This document shows, in pieces, positions 42,439 to 52,258 of a stretch of DNA of 54,428 bases. The DNA comes from an uncultured archaeon (GTDB lineage: Archaea > Altiarchaeota > Altiarchaeia > IMC4 > QMZM01). Where the stretch lies: positions 4,579 to 59,006 of the forward strand of contig CAZJVE010000005.1 in the NCBI GenBank assembly GCA_964549685.1, given 5' to 3'. The notes below the pieces were generated by a model. The model worked only from the letters and a program-made list of their open reading frames with translations, ran no database searches and was not told the origin of the DNA. The position numbers and the translations under genes are program-made. How positions within the stretch are numbered: position 1 is the first letter of the stretch; each line of letters opens with the position of its first letter.

Positions 42439-42966
42439 ATGGCAAAAGGTCCGAACTACGTGGTTGGCTACAGAAGAAAACGCAAGGGTAAGACGAACTA
42501 TAAGAAGAGACTGGGCCTCCTGAAGTCTGGAAGGAGTAGAATCGTAATCAGAAAATCAAACAAACATGCAACCGCTCAGATTGTAGATTACAAGGATGGC
42601 GGTGATGTGGTCATAGCGTCCTCACACTCATCAGAGCTGAAGAAATTTGGTTGGAACCATGGCGGTGGGAACATACCTGCCTCTTACCTAACGGGATTGC
42701 TTTGCGGACTGAGAGCCAATACAAAAGGGGTGAAGAAAGCAATTCTGGACATTGGTCTGACCCCTTCAGTTAAGGGCAACAGAGTATATTCTGCGCTAGG
42801 GGGTATTAAGGAGGGAGGCATTGAGATTCCAATAGATGAGGAGATAGCCCCCACCAAGGAAAGAGTGGAGGGAAAACATATATCAGACTACAAAAAGGAC
42901 GATAAGATAACAAAGGAGTTCACGCAAGTGAAGGAAAAAATAATGAAGTCTTTGTCAAAGAGCTAA
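42439..42966 (+). CDS. rpl18: 50S ribosomal protein L18
   Basis: MA.GP.Y.V..RR.R.GKT.Y.KR, N.PA.YLTG, ILD.GL. Confidence 0.95.
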   Translation: MAKGPNYVVGYRRKRKGKTNYKKRLGLLKSGRSRIVIRKSNKHATAQIVDYKDGGDVVIASSHSSELKKFGWNHGGGNIPASYLTGLLCGLRANTKGVKKAILDIGLTPSVKGNRVYSALGGIKEGGIEIPIDEEIAPTKERVEGKHISDYKKDDKITKEFTQVKEKIMKSLSKS

Positions 42967-42967
42967 A

Positions 42968-43918
42968 ATGAATGCTAATAGAAGAAGGAGGCCTAAGAGG
43001 GATGGTAATGAATTCAGAAGGGAGATTGACTTCTCCAGCTGGATGCCAAGAACATCCGTCGGAGAAAAGGTAAAGAGTGGCGAGATAAAGACTATGAATG
43101 AATTCATGAAGCTTTCTACTCCAATAAAGGAGGTGGAGATAGTCGATAAGCTACTCCCAATGATGGGCGAGGAGGTTATAGACGTCGGCAGGGTTCAGAG
43201 AGTAACCGACTCAGGAAGGAGAATGCGCTTCAGAGTCGTTGTTGGGGTAGGTAATAGAAATGGCTATGTCGGAGTGGGAGTAGCAAAGGGTAAGGAGGCA
43301 GGTCCTACAATAAGGAAGGCCATAGAGAGGGCAAAACTCAACATCGTCGAGATAAAGAGGGGCTGCGGCTCCTGGGAGTGCGGCTGCGGTGGTCCTCATA
43401 CCGTCCCATTCAGGGTTACGGGGAAGATGGGCAGCGTTTCGGTAACTCTCTCCCCGGCACCACGGGGAACAGACCTTGTGAGTGGAGAGATAGCGAGGAA
43501 GATTCTTGCGCTTGCGGGAATTTCAGACGTTTGGGTTCATACGGACGGGCATACGAGGACCGCCATAAACTTCTCAAGTGCGGTTCTTGATGCTCTCGCC
43601 AATACAAAGAGGATGAAGGTCAAGGACTCGGACGTAGATAATCTTAACATAATCCTGGGTGAGGAAGCAAAGAAGGAAGAGTCGGGGAAAGAGGGGATAG
43701 AAGTAGAGTCAAAAAAGCCTGACAAGGAAGAGGTAAAAGAAGAATCAAAGCCTGATGAGAAAGTAAAGGCTCCTAAGAAAGAAGAAAAGCCCGACAAAGA
43801 GGAAGCAAAAGCAGAGAAAAAGGAGGAGCCCAAGAAGGAGGAAGTAGATAAAAAAGAGGAATCCAAAGAGCCCAAAAAGGAGGAAGTAAAGGAAAGTGAC
43901 GAAGACAAAGAAGACTGA
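42968..43918 (+). CDS. rps5: 30S ribosomal protein S5 with Glu/Lys-rich C-terminal tail
   Basis: W.PRT..G, VQR.TDSGRR, RGCGSWECGCG..H. Confidence 0.95.
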   Translation: MNANRRRRPKRDGNEFRREIDFSSWMPRTSVGEKVKSGEIKTMNEFMKLSTPIKEVEIVDKLLPMMGEEVIDVGRVQRVTDSGRRMRFRVVVGVGNRNGYVGVGVAKGKEAGPTIRKAIERAKLNIVEIKRGCGSWECGCGGPHTVPFRVTGKMGSVSVTLSPAPRGTDLVSGEIARKILALAGISDVWVHTDGHTRTAINFSSAVLDALANTKRMKVKDSDVDNLNIILGEEAKKEESGKEGIEVESKKPDKEEVKEESKPDEKVKAPKKEEKPDKEEAKAEKKEEPKKEEVDKKEESKEPKKEEVKESDEDKED

Positions 43919-44534
43919 GGGGGAGCATAAGGGGAAGGCTAAAGCAGTCCCAAAGCCAAAGGAGAAGCATAAGGCGGCTCCAAAAGAGAAGAAGCCAAGG
44001 ACTGATGAGATAGCAAAGCCCAGCACGAAGGGGGTAGCAAAGCCGAAGAAGGCTGATGCAAAGAAGAGGATTGCAGTAGTGAGAGTAAGAGGGAAGGCCA
44101 AGGTAAGGGAAAACATAGAGGACACCATGAAGCTCCTGAATCTGACAAGGGTTAATCATTGCACTGTAATCGACAACAAGGCACAGTACATGGGCATGAT
44201 TAAGAAGGTCAACAACCACGTCACCTGGGGCGAAATAGATGAGAAAATGGTGGAGAAGCTGCTGAGCAAGAGAGGAAGGCTTCAGGGTAATGATAAGATT
44301 ACCAATGACTACGTCAAGAAGAATACAGAATCCAAATCACTCAAGGAATTCTCCAGTAGATTCATGAAATTCGAATCCGAGTTGAAGGATATTCCAAAAC
44401 TGAAGCCCGTATTCAGGCTGAGGCCCCCGAGCAAGGGCTATGAGAGGAAGGGTATAAAGAAGCCCGTCTCTGTTGGGGGGGCCCTTGGCTACAGGGGCGA
44501 GAAGATTAATGAATTACTCGAGAAGATGGTATAA
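43896..44534 (+). CDS. rpl30: 50S ribosomal protein L30 with Lys-rich N-terminal extension
   Basis: AVVRVRG, GM..KV...VTWGE, PVFRL.PP..G, G.LGYRG..IN.L. Confidence 0.93.
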   Translation: MTKTKKTEGEHKGKAKAVPKPKEKHKAAPKEKKPRTDEIAKPSTKGVAKPKKADAKKRIAVVRVRGKAKVRENIEDTMKLLNLTRVNHCTVIDNKAQYMGMIKKVNNHVTWGEIDEKMVEKLLSKRGRLQGNDKITNDYVKKNTESKSLKEFSSRFMKFESELKDIPKLKPVFRLRPPSKGYERKGIKKPVSVGGALGYRGEKINELLEKMV

Positions 44535-44998
44535 TGGCTCATAAGGACAGAAGAACTTACAAGAACCGGGGCACGAGAACCTGCGGCTATGGAAGTGCGC
44601 AGAAACACAGAGGAGCCGGGAGTAGAGGCGGCAGGGGAATGGCCGGAAGTAAGAAGCACAAGTGGTCCTTCGTAAGCAAGTACATGCCAGGATATTTCGG
44701 AAGAAGAGGATTCAAGAGACCTTTTGCCGGTAAAGAGGAAGATTCAATAAACGTTGGTTACCTGAACGATAATATCGAAAGCCTTGTAAAGAAGGGTATG
44801 GCGAACCTCAAGGACAAGAAGTACTCCATAGACCTGAACGAGCTGGGTTACGGGAAGCTGCTTGGCTCCGGTAAGGTTACGATGCCGCTCTTCATAAAGG
44901 TCGATAAATGCTCAATGAAGGCCTCCGTGAAGGTTAAGGACGCCGGCGGCAAGGTGGAAACCTCAGAAGTGAAGGAAGAGGTTCAGGAAACCGAGTAG
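44534..44998 (+). CDS. rpl15: 50S ribosomal protein L15
   Basis: RG.RT.G.G...HRGAG.RGGRG.AG..KH, KLLG.G. Confidence 0.95.
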   Translation: MAHKDRRTYKNRGTRTCGYGSAQKHRGAGSRGGRGMAGSKKHKWSFVSKYMPGYFGRRGFKRPFAGKEEDSINVGYLNDNIESLVKKGMANLKDKKYSIDLNELGYGKLLGSGKVTMPLFIKVDKCSMKASVKVKDAGGKVETSEVKEEVQETE

Positions 44999-45048
44999 CT
45001 AATTTTAACCATCGATACTAATTTAATATATCACTTTGTTTAGGAGGA

Positions 45049-46455
45049 TTGATATTGAATCTAGAGTTTGTTCGTCCGTTAATTAGGTATATACCGGAAG
45101 TAAAGCTGCCAAAGAAGCACGTTCCCTTCAAGGAGAAGCTGGCCTGGACCTCGGTAATCCTGTTTCTCTTCTTTGTGATGGGGGTTATATATCCAGTTGG
45201 CGTTTCTCCGGACGATTTTCAAGGAGGTTATCTGCAGATGCAGATTATATTTGCTAGCCAGATGGGTTCCATCATCTCCACAGGTATTGGACCGATAGTT
45301 ACTGCCTCCATAATTCTCCAGCTTCTTGTCGGGGCCAAGATGATAGACCTCGATTTGACGAATAACGACCATAAGGCCCTATTTCAGGCGACGCAGAAGA
45401 TTCTTACGGTGATAATTGCGGTATTTGAAGCAGCAGCAGTAGTTATCGGGTTCAGGCTGGGCTCGAGCTTTCTTGGTGAAAGCTGGGCAGCCACTCACCC
45501 CATTGTAATGTCTGCCATGTTCCAGATTGCCCTGGGTTCAATTCTCTTGATGTATCTGGACGAGGTGGTTTCGAAGTGGGGAATCGGCTCCGGAATCGGG
45601 CTGTTCATAGCTGGCGGAGTCTCGAAAACAATCATTGCCGGCTCGTTCAACATGATTCAGGACTCCAGCGGTTATTACCTGGGGCTTGTTCCAAGGTTCA
45701 TGCAGCTGCTGATGGAGGGCATAATCGCACTGGAGGTGATATTCCCTGTCATAGCAACGATAATAGTATTCCTCATGGTTGTTTACGGGGAGTCCATGAG
45801 GCTTGAAATCCCCCTGTCATATGGAGGAATACGTGGGGTTGGGGGGAGGTATCCTTTAAAATTTTTCTATGTATCGAATATCCCTGTAATTCTTGCATCA
45901 GCGCTGCTGATGAACGTGCAGATGTGGGCCCGCTTTGTCGGGGTGGATGTTAATAACCCAGAGAATCTGGGCCTCATCCAGAGCATCTTCTATAATGTTT
46001 CATTCTATGCGACGCTGGGCAATCTCCATGGGATTATAAGCCCGACGACGTGGTACCGCCTCATTGATGTCGGGGTCTTGGGCCATCTCATCATCTACTC
46101 CATCTTATTTATTGCGCTCTGTATCCTGTTCGGCAAGTTCTGGGTCGAGACCACAGGGCTTGGAGCGGAGCAGGTTGCTGACCAGATACAGCAGGGCGGC
46201 ATGCATATTCCGGGCTTCAGGAGGGATAAGAGGGTGGTGCAGAGGGTCCTCAACCGGTATATCCCGCAGATAACGATAATCAGCTCCATAGCGATAGGCA
46301 TGCTTGCAGTAGGGGCGGACCTTCTTGGAGCACTGGGCTCCGGGACAGGAATTCTTCTTACCGTTGGAATCCTCTACAGGCTCTATGAGGAGATTCAGAA
46401 GGAGCAGATGGCTGACATGCACCCGGCATTCAGAAGGTTTATGGGGAAGAAGTAG
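45049..46455 (+). CDS. secY: Preprotein translocase SecY
   Basis: GIGPIVTASII.QLL, SKWGIGSG..LFI, Y.SNIP.IL, IPGFR, G.GTGILL. Confidence 0.97.
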   Translation: MILNLEFVRPLIRYIPEVKLPKKHVPFKEKLAWTSVILFLFFVMGVIYPVGVSPDDFQGGYLQMQIIFASQMGSIISTGIGPIVTASIILQLLVGAKMIDLDLTNNDHKALFQATQKILTVIIAVFEAAAVVIGFRLGSSFLGESWAATHPIVMSAMFQIALGSILLMYLDEVVSKWGIGSGIGLFIAGGVSKTIIAGSFNMIQDSSGYYLGLVPRFMQLLMEGIIALEVIFPVIATIIVFLMVVYGESMRLEIPLSYGGIRGVGGRYPLKFFYVSNIPVILASALLMNVQMWARFVGVDVNNPENLGLIQSIFYNVSFYATLGNLHGIISPTTWYRLIDVGVLGHLIIYSILFIALCILFGKFWVETTGLGAEQVADQIQQGGMHIPGFRRDKRVVQRVLNRYIPQITIISSIAIGMLAVGADLLGALGSGTGILLTVGILYRLYEEIQKEQMADMHPAFRRFMGKK

Positions 46456-46500
46456 GTTCTAGATTATTGATGGAAGATTATTAGTTTTGTTCAAACCTTT

Positions 46501-47841
46501 TTAGATAAATTCCCCCATAAAGCTGAGGAATTCCTCGCCGTCTATCTCAAGAATCTTCTCATCTGCAACGAGTCCAATCTTCTTGAGCTCTCTCAGCTTC
46601 TTTCCGAAGCCCCTTCTCTCCTTCAGAATCTTCGGCATCAGCTTCTCTGCTCTGGTGAATTCCCTCCTCACATCGGCAACCCAGCGGCCCTTTTCTATCC
46701 TCGGCTTGAATTCCCTGTACTTTGCCATAAATTTGTCCTGCTCCCTCTTGCCCTTGTCCAGGGGGGGCCCGAGCCTGTGCTCAATTGGAGGTAAATCCCA
46801 GACCTCGAACTCCAGCAGGATTGCCGAGAGCTTCCTCTCGTCGGTCCAGGTGTCGGAATTCAGGACCTTGAATTCATAGCTCTCTATCTGCTTCACGAGG
46901 GAATTCCTCGTCTTTCTGAGCTGCGAGTAGAGGATGTTCGGATTAATCTTTCCGTGGGTGAATTTTATCGCAATGAGTTTTGTGCCTCTCTTCTTTATCC
47001 TGCTCTTCAGTTCCTTCTTCGTTGGTGGCTTTCTCTCGGGCGGGAAGAAGTAGTCTATGCCCGGCTCATCAATAAATTTCCTTGCAGCATGGATGAGCCT
47101 TGCCATGCTCTGCTCCGAGACGGCTGCTGCAACGTTCCTGTTCTCGTCTATTGGGTCTATGACTATGAGGCTCGCCTTGGGGAAGAAGTGCTTCAGGGCC
47201 CTCTTGTTCTCCCATAGGTCTGCGGGGTCCATCACAAGGTGGAATTTCCACTCCGATGCTGCCTTCAGGGTCTTCTCGAATGAGCCGTAATGGATGCATA
47301 GAAGCTCGGTAAGATAGCCGGAGAAGCCCTGGACCTTTGCCTCGGCCCCATATACTCCTGTCCCTTTCATAAACTGCTTCAGGAGCATTACGTTCTTCCT
47401 CAGCTCGTTGTTCCTCCTCAGCTTCTTCCGGATATAGCGCGTATGGTGCGGTGTCCTGTCGACTGCCGAGAGTGGTTTCCTGGTCTTGTAACAGGGGACT
47501 ATCTCAACCCCGTAGCCCTTGTAGTTGCCTACGACGTATGGATGTTCAGCATAATCTATCTCGTACTTTGCCCTTAGGCTCTTGAACACGGCCTTTCCTA
47601 TCTCAAGGCCCTTCTCCTCCAGCTCCTTTCTTGGCGTTTCCTTAGGGAACATGATGAAGATGTCTATGTCCTTATCTCCCTTTAGGTCTGTCTTCTTTGC
47701 TATCGAGCCGACCAGGACTGGCGTTACGTCGAACCTCTCCAGTTTCTTGAATACTCTGTCGACTATCTCTTTCTCGTTCCTGTGCTCCTCCCTCGGAGGG
47801 CTTATTTCCCGGAGTACCTTCTTGAGGGTTTTGTCCATCAT
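46501..47841 (-). CDS. cca: CCA-adding enzyme (class I)
   Basis: GS.AK.T.L....DIDIF, YAEHPY, SAVDRTP.H, GFSGYL.ELL; start after GGGGAGGT RBS. Confidence 0.95.
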   Translation of the reverse strand: MMDKTLKKVLREISPPREEHRNEKEIVDRVFKKLERFDVTPVLVGSIAKKTDLKGDKDIDIFIMFPKETPRKELEEKGLEIGKAVFKSLRAKYEIDYAEHPYVVGNYKGYGVEIVPCYKTRKPLSAVDRTPHHTRYIRKKLRRNNELRKNVMLLKQFMKGTGVYGAEAKVQGFSGYLTELLCIHYGSFEKTLKAASEWKFHLVMDPADLWENKRALKHFFPKASLIVIDPIDENRNVAAAVSEQSMARLIHAARKFIDEPGIDYFFPPERKPPTKKELKSRIKKRGTKLIAIKFTHGKINPNILYSQLRKTRNSLVKQIESYEFKVLNSDTWTDERKLSAILLEFEVWDLPPIEHRLGPPLDKGKREQDKFMAKYREFKPRIEKGRWVADVRREFTRAEKLMPKILKERRGFGKKLRELKKIGLVADEKILEIDGEEFLSFMGEFI

Positions 47842-48848
47842 ACCTCCCCGTCTATCTCGGCCCCGCACTTGGGGCACTTGGAGTCCTTTATCCCGTTCCC
47901 ATTAATTCTGAATAGGTATCTATTTATTAGTAGTTCATTGCAGGAATAACAGTAGGTGTTCTCTCCCAGGTCTCCAGGCAGGTTTCCTGCATAGACATAG
48001 CGCAAGCCGGCTTTGAGTCCTGTCTCCCGGGCCATGTGGATTGTCTCCACTGGAGTTGCTGGAATGTCGGTCATCCTGTAGTCCGGATGGTATTTGCTCA
48101 GGTGCCATGGGGTCTCAGGGCCCAGCTCGTTGCTGATGAATTCGGCCATTGCCTTTAATTCCTCTTGGGAATCGTTGAGTGTCGGGATTATTAATGTTGT
48201 AATCTCGACCCATATTCCTAGTTCCTTCATCAATTTCAGTGACTTCTTTACGGGCTCTAGCTTTGCACCACATGCCTCATTATAAAATTCCTCCGTAAAG
48301 GCCTTCAGGTCTACGTTTGCAGCGTCCAGATACGGCTGAATCTCCCTCAGCGCCTCTTCCGTCATGAAGCCGTTCGTAACGAAAACGTTCTTCAGCCCAC
48401 CCTCCCTGGCAAGTCTTGCTGTATCATATGCGTATTCGAAGAATACCGTCGGTTCTGTATAGGTGTATGCAATGCTCTTGCAGCCGCTGGCCTTCGCCTC
48501 TTTGACTATCTCCATGGGGGAGATGTCCTCGCCGACTATCTTTGCACCCTCCTTGGAGCTCTGGCTTATGCTCCAGTTCTGGCAGAATTTGCAGCGGAAG
48601 TTGCAGCCCTGGGTTGCAATGGAATAGCTCAGCGTCCCTGGAAGGAAGTTGAAGAATGGCTTCTTCTCTATGGGATCGATGTGGGCCGCTATTGCCTTTC
48701 TATATACCAGGGATTGCAGGATGCCCTGTTGATTCTCCCTCACGCCGCACAGGCCCCTCTTTCCATCGGCTATGGAACAGCGGTGATTGCAGAGGTTGCA
48801 TTTTACCTTCCTGCCATCCACTTTCTCATAGAGCATAGCCTCTTTCAT
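47838..48848 (-). CDS. AmmeMemoRadiSam-system radical SAM enzyme
   Basis: C..C...C.......G.C.VR, DPIEKKP, CNF.C.FCQNW, AYTY.EP. Confidence 0.9.
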   Translation of the reverse strand: MKEAMLYEKVDGRKVKCNLCNHRCSIADGKRGLCGVRENQQGILQSLVYRKAIAAHIDPIEKKPFFNFLPGTLSYSIATQGCNFRCKFCQNWSISQSSKEGAKIVGEDISPMEIVKEAKASGCKSIAYTYTEPTVFFEYAYDTARLAREGGLKNVFVTNGFMTEEALREIQPYLDAANVDLKAFTEEFYNEACGAKLEPVKKSLKLMKELGIWVEITTLIIPTLNDSQEELKAMAEFISNELGPETPWHLSKYHPDYRMTDIPATPVETIHMARETGLKAGLRYVYAGNLPGDLGENTYCYSCNELLINRYLFRINGNGIKDSKCPKCGAEIDGEV

Positions 48849-48886
48849 ACCATTAATTATTTAATCTTCGAATCTATTTAATCTTC

Positions 48887-49393
48887 ATGTCCTACATCAG
48901 AATCCCAAAAGAGAGGGTTGCGGTGCTAATAGGCAAGGGAGGCAGCACAAAGAGGGAGATAGAAAAGAGATCCGGCTGCGAGCTTGTAGTAGATGACGGC
49001 TCGGTAGAGATTGTTGGGGAGGGCATAGGCGCGTGGGTTGCCAAGGACATAGTGCGGGCGATTGCAAGGGGATTCAACCCGGAGCTTGCCATGCAATTGC
49101 TTAATGACGAATTTGCTTTTGAGCTGATAAAGCTGGATGACTTCGCCCACGGCGAGAAGGAGATGGCGAGGAAGAAGGGTAGGGTAATAGGGCGGGAGGG
49201 AAAGTCCCAGAGGGTGATAGGAGACCTGACAGAAACCCATATTTGTGTCTATGGCAAGACCATAGGCATCATTGGACCCTATGATGGGGTGCACCTGGCG
49301 AAGGAGGCCGTGTTCAGGCTTCTGAATGGAGCAAGACACGCCTCAGTATATCGTTTTCTGGAAAGTGCAAGGGGTGGGGGATTGAGGCCCTGA
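48887..49393 (+). CDS. KH-domain rRNA processing protein (Dim2/Pno1-like)
   Basis: IP..R..VLIGK.G, AI.RGF.PE, KGRVIG..GK, G..H..VY..L. Confidence 0.9.
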   Translation: MSYIRIPKERVAVLIGKGGSTKREIEKRSGCELVVDDGSVEIVGEGIGAWVAKDIVRAIARGFNPELAMQLLNDEFAFELIKLDDFAHGEKEMARKKGRVIGREGKSQRVIGDLTETHICVYGKTIGIIGPYDGVHLAKEAVFRLLNGARHASVYRFLESARGGGLRP

Positions 49394-49448
49394 AGCATAA
49401 ACTTCGGCTCCCGTTGTCAGTTTTAAGTCTTAAATCCCAGTATTATAC

Positions 49449-51185
49449 ATGGAGGATAAGGTAAAGGAAAGGCGCGCAGACGACCTGTTTAAGGAGTTTA
49501 AGGAGACGTCCATAACCGAATTCTTCAGGAAGAACAAGGCCCATCTTGGATACTCCGGGAGTATAAGATCCCTTACTACAGTAATCCACGAAGTCGTGAC
49601 AAATTCTCTCGATGCCTGCGAGGAAGCTGGGATTCCGCCCGAGATTTCCATAGCCATCAAGAAGCTCGGGAACAATCACTATCTCGTTAGGAGTGAGGAC
49701 AACGGCCCGGGAATTCCAATCAAGCACATCTCTGGGGTATTTGGAAAGATGCTTGCGGGAACCAAATTCCACAGGAATATTCAGCTCAGGGGCCAGCAGG
49801 GTATCGGGGTTGCCGGCGTCACTTTGTTCTCGCAGACAACGACTGGAAAGCCCATAAAGATAAAGACCTCCACAGGGAAGGGGAAGGTCAATGAGATAGA
49901 GCTGATGATAGACATCACCAGGAACAAGGCCGACATCCTGAGCAACAACGAATACAGCCAGTATTGGAGAGGGACTGAGCTTGAGTGCGAATTAAAGGGG
50001 GTGAACTTCACTCTCAGGGAGCAGGGCCCATTCGAGTACCTCAGAAGGACCGCAATAGTGAACCCCCATACAAAGATTACCTTTACCGACCCGGAGGGTA
50101 GGAAGACCGTCTTTGACAGGTCGACCGATAAGGTCCCCAAGCCCCCGGTGGAAATAAAACCACACCCAAAAGGCACTGAGGTTGATGACCTCGTGAATAT
50201 GTCGAAAATTACGGATGGGAGAAAGGTCAGCTCATTTCTTAGCTCTACATTTTCGAGGATGAGCAACGCCAAGGTAAAGGAGATTCAGAATTTTATAAAC
50301 GAGGGTGAAGAACCCTTTGATTTAAACAAGAGCCCGAAGAAGCTGACGTGGGCGGAGTGCGAGCAGATTGCAAACGCGATAAAGGAGATAAAGTTCCTTG
50401 CTCCCCCCACCGAGGGCCTGCAACCAATCGGTGAGGGTCAGATAAGGAATGCCATCCTCAACATACTTGGCCCGGAATTCGAGGCAATATTGACAAGAAA
50501 TCCTACGTCTCATTCGGGGGGCGTCCCCTTCCAGGTCGAGGTTGCGATTGCCTATGGAGGGCAGGCCGGCAGGAACATAGGCGAGGGCAGGAAGGTCGAG
50601 GTCATGAGATTCGCAAACAGGACCCCGCTGCTTTTTGATTCCGGCGCATGTGCCCTTACAAAGGCAGTCAACTCAGTGGAGTGGAAGAGGTATGGTATAA
50701 AGGATTTTGACAATTCCGCAATAACAATCCTCGTGAATCTTGTCTCCACGTACATCCCGTACACCTCGGCAGGTAAGCAGAGCGTTGCTGATGATGAGGC
50801 CATAATGAAGGAAATCAGGATGGCCCTGATGGAGGTAGGGAGGAAGTATCAGATATTCCACTCGAGGCAGAGGAGGGCCTTGGAGAAGGAAGCCAGAAAA
50901 CAGATTCTGATGCGTTATAGCGTAGAGCTTGCAGCAGGACTTGCGAATCTTACAGGAAAGGACGAGGAGAAGATTCTTAAGAAGCTGAATGAGCTTGTGC
51001 TTGAGAAACTGAAGCTGGAGGCGGAGATACAGACCCTTGAGGAGGATGAGGAGGAAGAGGTCGAAAACGGCTTTGAAGGCAAGGATGGTGAGAATGATTC
51101 TGGAGGGGAAGAGACCGAAAACGATTCTGGGGATGAGGAATCCACGGAGAAACCGGTGGAGGAGGTAGAAGAAGATGGAGCGTGA
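49449..51185 (+). CDS. top6B: DNA topoisomerase VI subunit B with acidic C-terminal tail
   Basis: EFF.KN...LG, E...NSLDA, DNGPG, RGQQGIG, RFANR.PL. Confidence 0.96.
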   Translation: MEDKVKERRADDLFKEFKETSITEFFRKNKAHLGYSGSIRSLTTVIHEVVTNSLDACEEAGIPPEISIAIKKLGNNHYLVRSEDNGPGIPIKHISGVFGKMLAGTKFHRNIQLRGQQGIGVAGVTLFSQTTTGKPIKIKTSTGKGKVNEIELMIDITRNKADILSNNEYSQYWRGTELECELKGVNFTLREQGPFEYLRRTAIVNPHTKITFTDPEGRKTVFDRSTDKVPKPPVEIKPHPKGTEVDDLVNMSKITDGRKVSSFLSSTFSRMSNAKVKEIQNFINEGEEPFDLNKSPKKLTWAECEQIANAIKEIKFLAPPTEGLQPIGEGQIRNAILNILGPEFEAILTRNPTSHSGGVPFQVEVAIAYGGQAGRNIGEGRKVEVMRFANRTPLLFDSGACALTKAVNSVEWKRYGIKDFDNSAITILVNLVSTYIPYTSAGKQSVADDEAIMKEIRMALMEVGRKYQIFHSRQRRALEKEARKQILMRYSVELAAGLANLTGKDEEKILKKLNELVLEKLKLEAEIQTLEEDEEEEVENGFEGKDGENDSGGEETENDSGDEESTEKPVEEVEEDGA

Positions 51186-52254
51186 ACAGGTCATAAAAAA
51201 GATAAACGGGCTCGGGAAGAAGATTATGAAGAACATAAATGATATGGAGAGCCCAAACGTGAGCATACCGCAGAGAAACATTAACAACATTACATTCAAC
51301 AAGTCCAAGAATCTGCTTGAGCTGGGTGATAAAAAGTCAACCAGGAGTTTTATGAATGTGGCTCACTCAAAGAGATTCATGCAGACGGTCCTGATCGCAG
51401 GAAAATGCAGGGAATTGGTTGAGAGGGACAAGACAGCGAGCATAAGGGAGCTGTACTACCAGCTGAAGCATACCATCGCTGATTCAAAGGAGAATACCTT
51501 CGAGGACCAGTCGGAGAGCGACCCGCTGATAGTGGACCTTGAGACGATGCTCGGAACATTGAGGGAGGAGCTGCATCTCAAGGCTGATGATAAGGGAACT
51601 CTGATAGGGAATATCGTGATAGAGGATTCAGGGGATTTCATAGACTGCTCCAAGCTGGGAAGGAGTGGCCTGTCTGTTCCATCGATAGTAGAGCACTATA
51701 AGTTCCAAGATGTCAAGGCTGATTATGTCCTTGTGATAGAAACCGGAGCTATGTTCGACCGTCTTGTTGAGGAAAAGTATCCGCAGAAGAACAACTGTAT
51801 CATGGTTTCAACAAAGGGACAGGCCGCGAGGGGCTGCAGGAGATTGGTGCATAGGTTAAACCACGACCTTGGTTTGCCTGCAATCATGTTCTCGGATGGA
51901 GACCCTTGGGGCTACTACATATACTCAGTAATGAAGGCCGGTTCCATGGCTCTGGCCCATGAATCAAGGAGGCTGGGAACCCCGCAGATGAAGTTCGTTG
52001 GCATGACGATGGATGACATCGATACATACGACCTAAAGAAGGTTACCGAGAACCTGAAGGAGATTGACAAGAAGAGAATCTCCGAGTTATTGCGGTATCC
52101 CTGGTTCCAGAAGAAGGAGTGGGTGAAGCAGCTCAACCTCATGTCTGAGAAGGGCGTGAGGATAGAGCAGCAGGCCTTAGCCTCAAAGTCTCTGGAGTTC
52201 GTGGCCGAGGAGTATTTGCCACAAAAAATAGAGAAGGGCCATCTCTTGCCATAG
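51175..52254 (+). CDS. top6A: DNA topoisomerase VI subunit A
   Basis: RELYY, F..Q.ESD, D.DPWG..I, EQQAL. Confidence 0.96.
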   Translation: MEREQVIKKINGLGKKIMKNINDMESPNVSIPQRNINNITFNKSKNLLELGDKKSTRSFMNVAHSKRFMQTVLIAGKCRELVERDKTASIRELYYQLKHTIADSKENTFEDQSESDPLIVDLETMLGTLREELHLKADDKGTLIGNIVIEDSGDFIDCSKLGRSGLSVPSIVEHYKFQDVKADYVLVIETGAMFDRLVEEKYPQKNNCIMVSTKGQAARGCRRLVHRLNHDLGLPAIMFSDGDPWGYYIYSVMKAGSMALAHESRRLGTPQMKFVGMTMDDIDTYDLKKVTENLKEIDKKRISELLRYPWFQKKEWVKQLNLMSEKGVRIEQQALASKSLEFVAEEYLPQKIEKGHLLP

Positions 52255-52258
52255 CACG

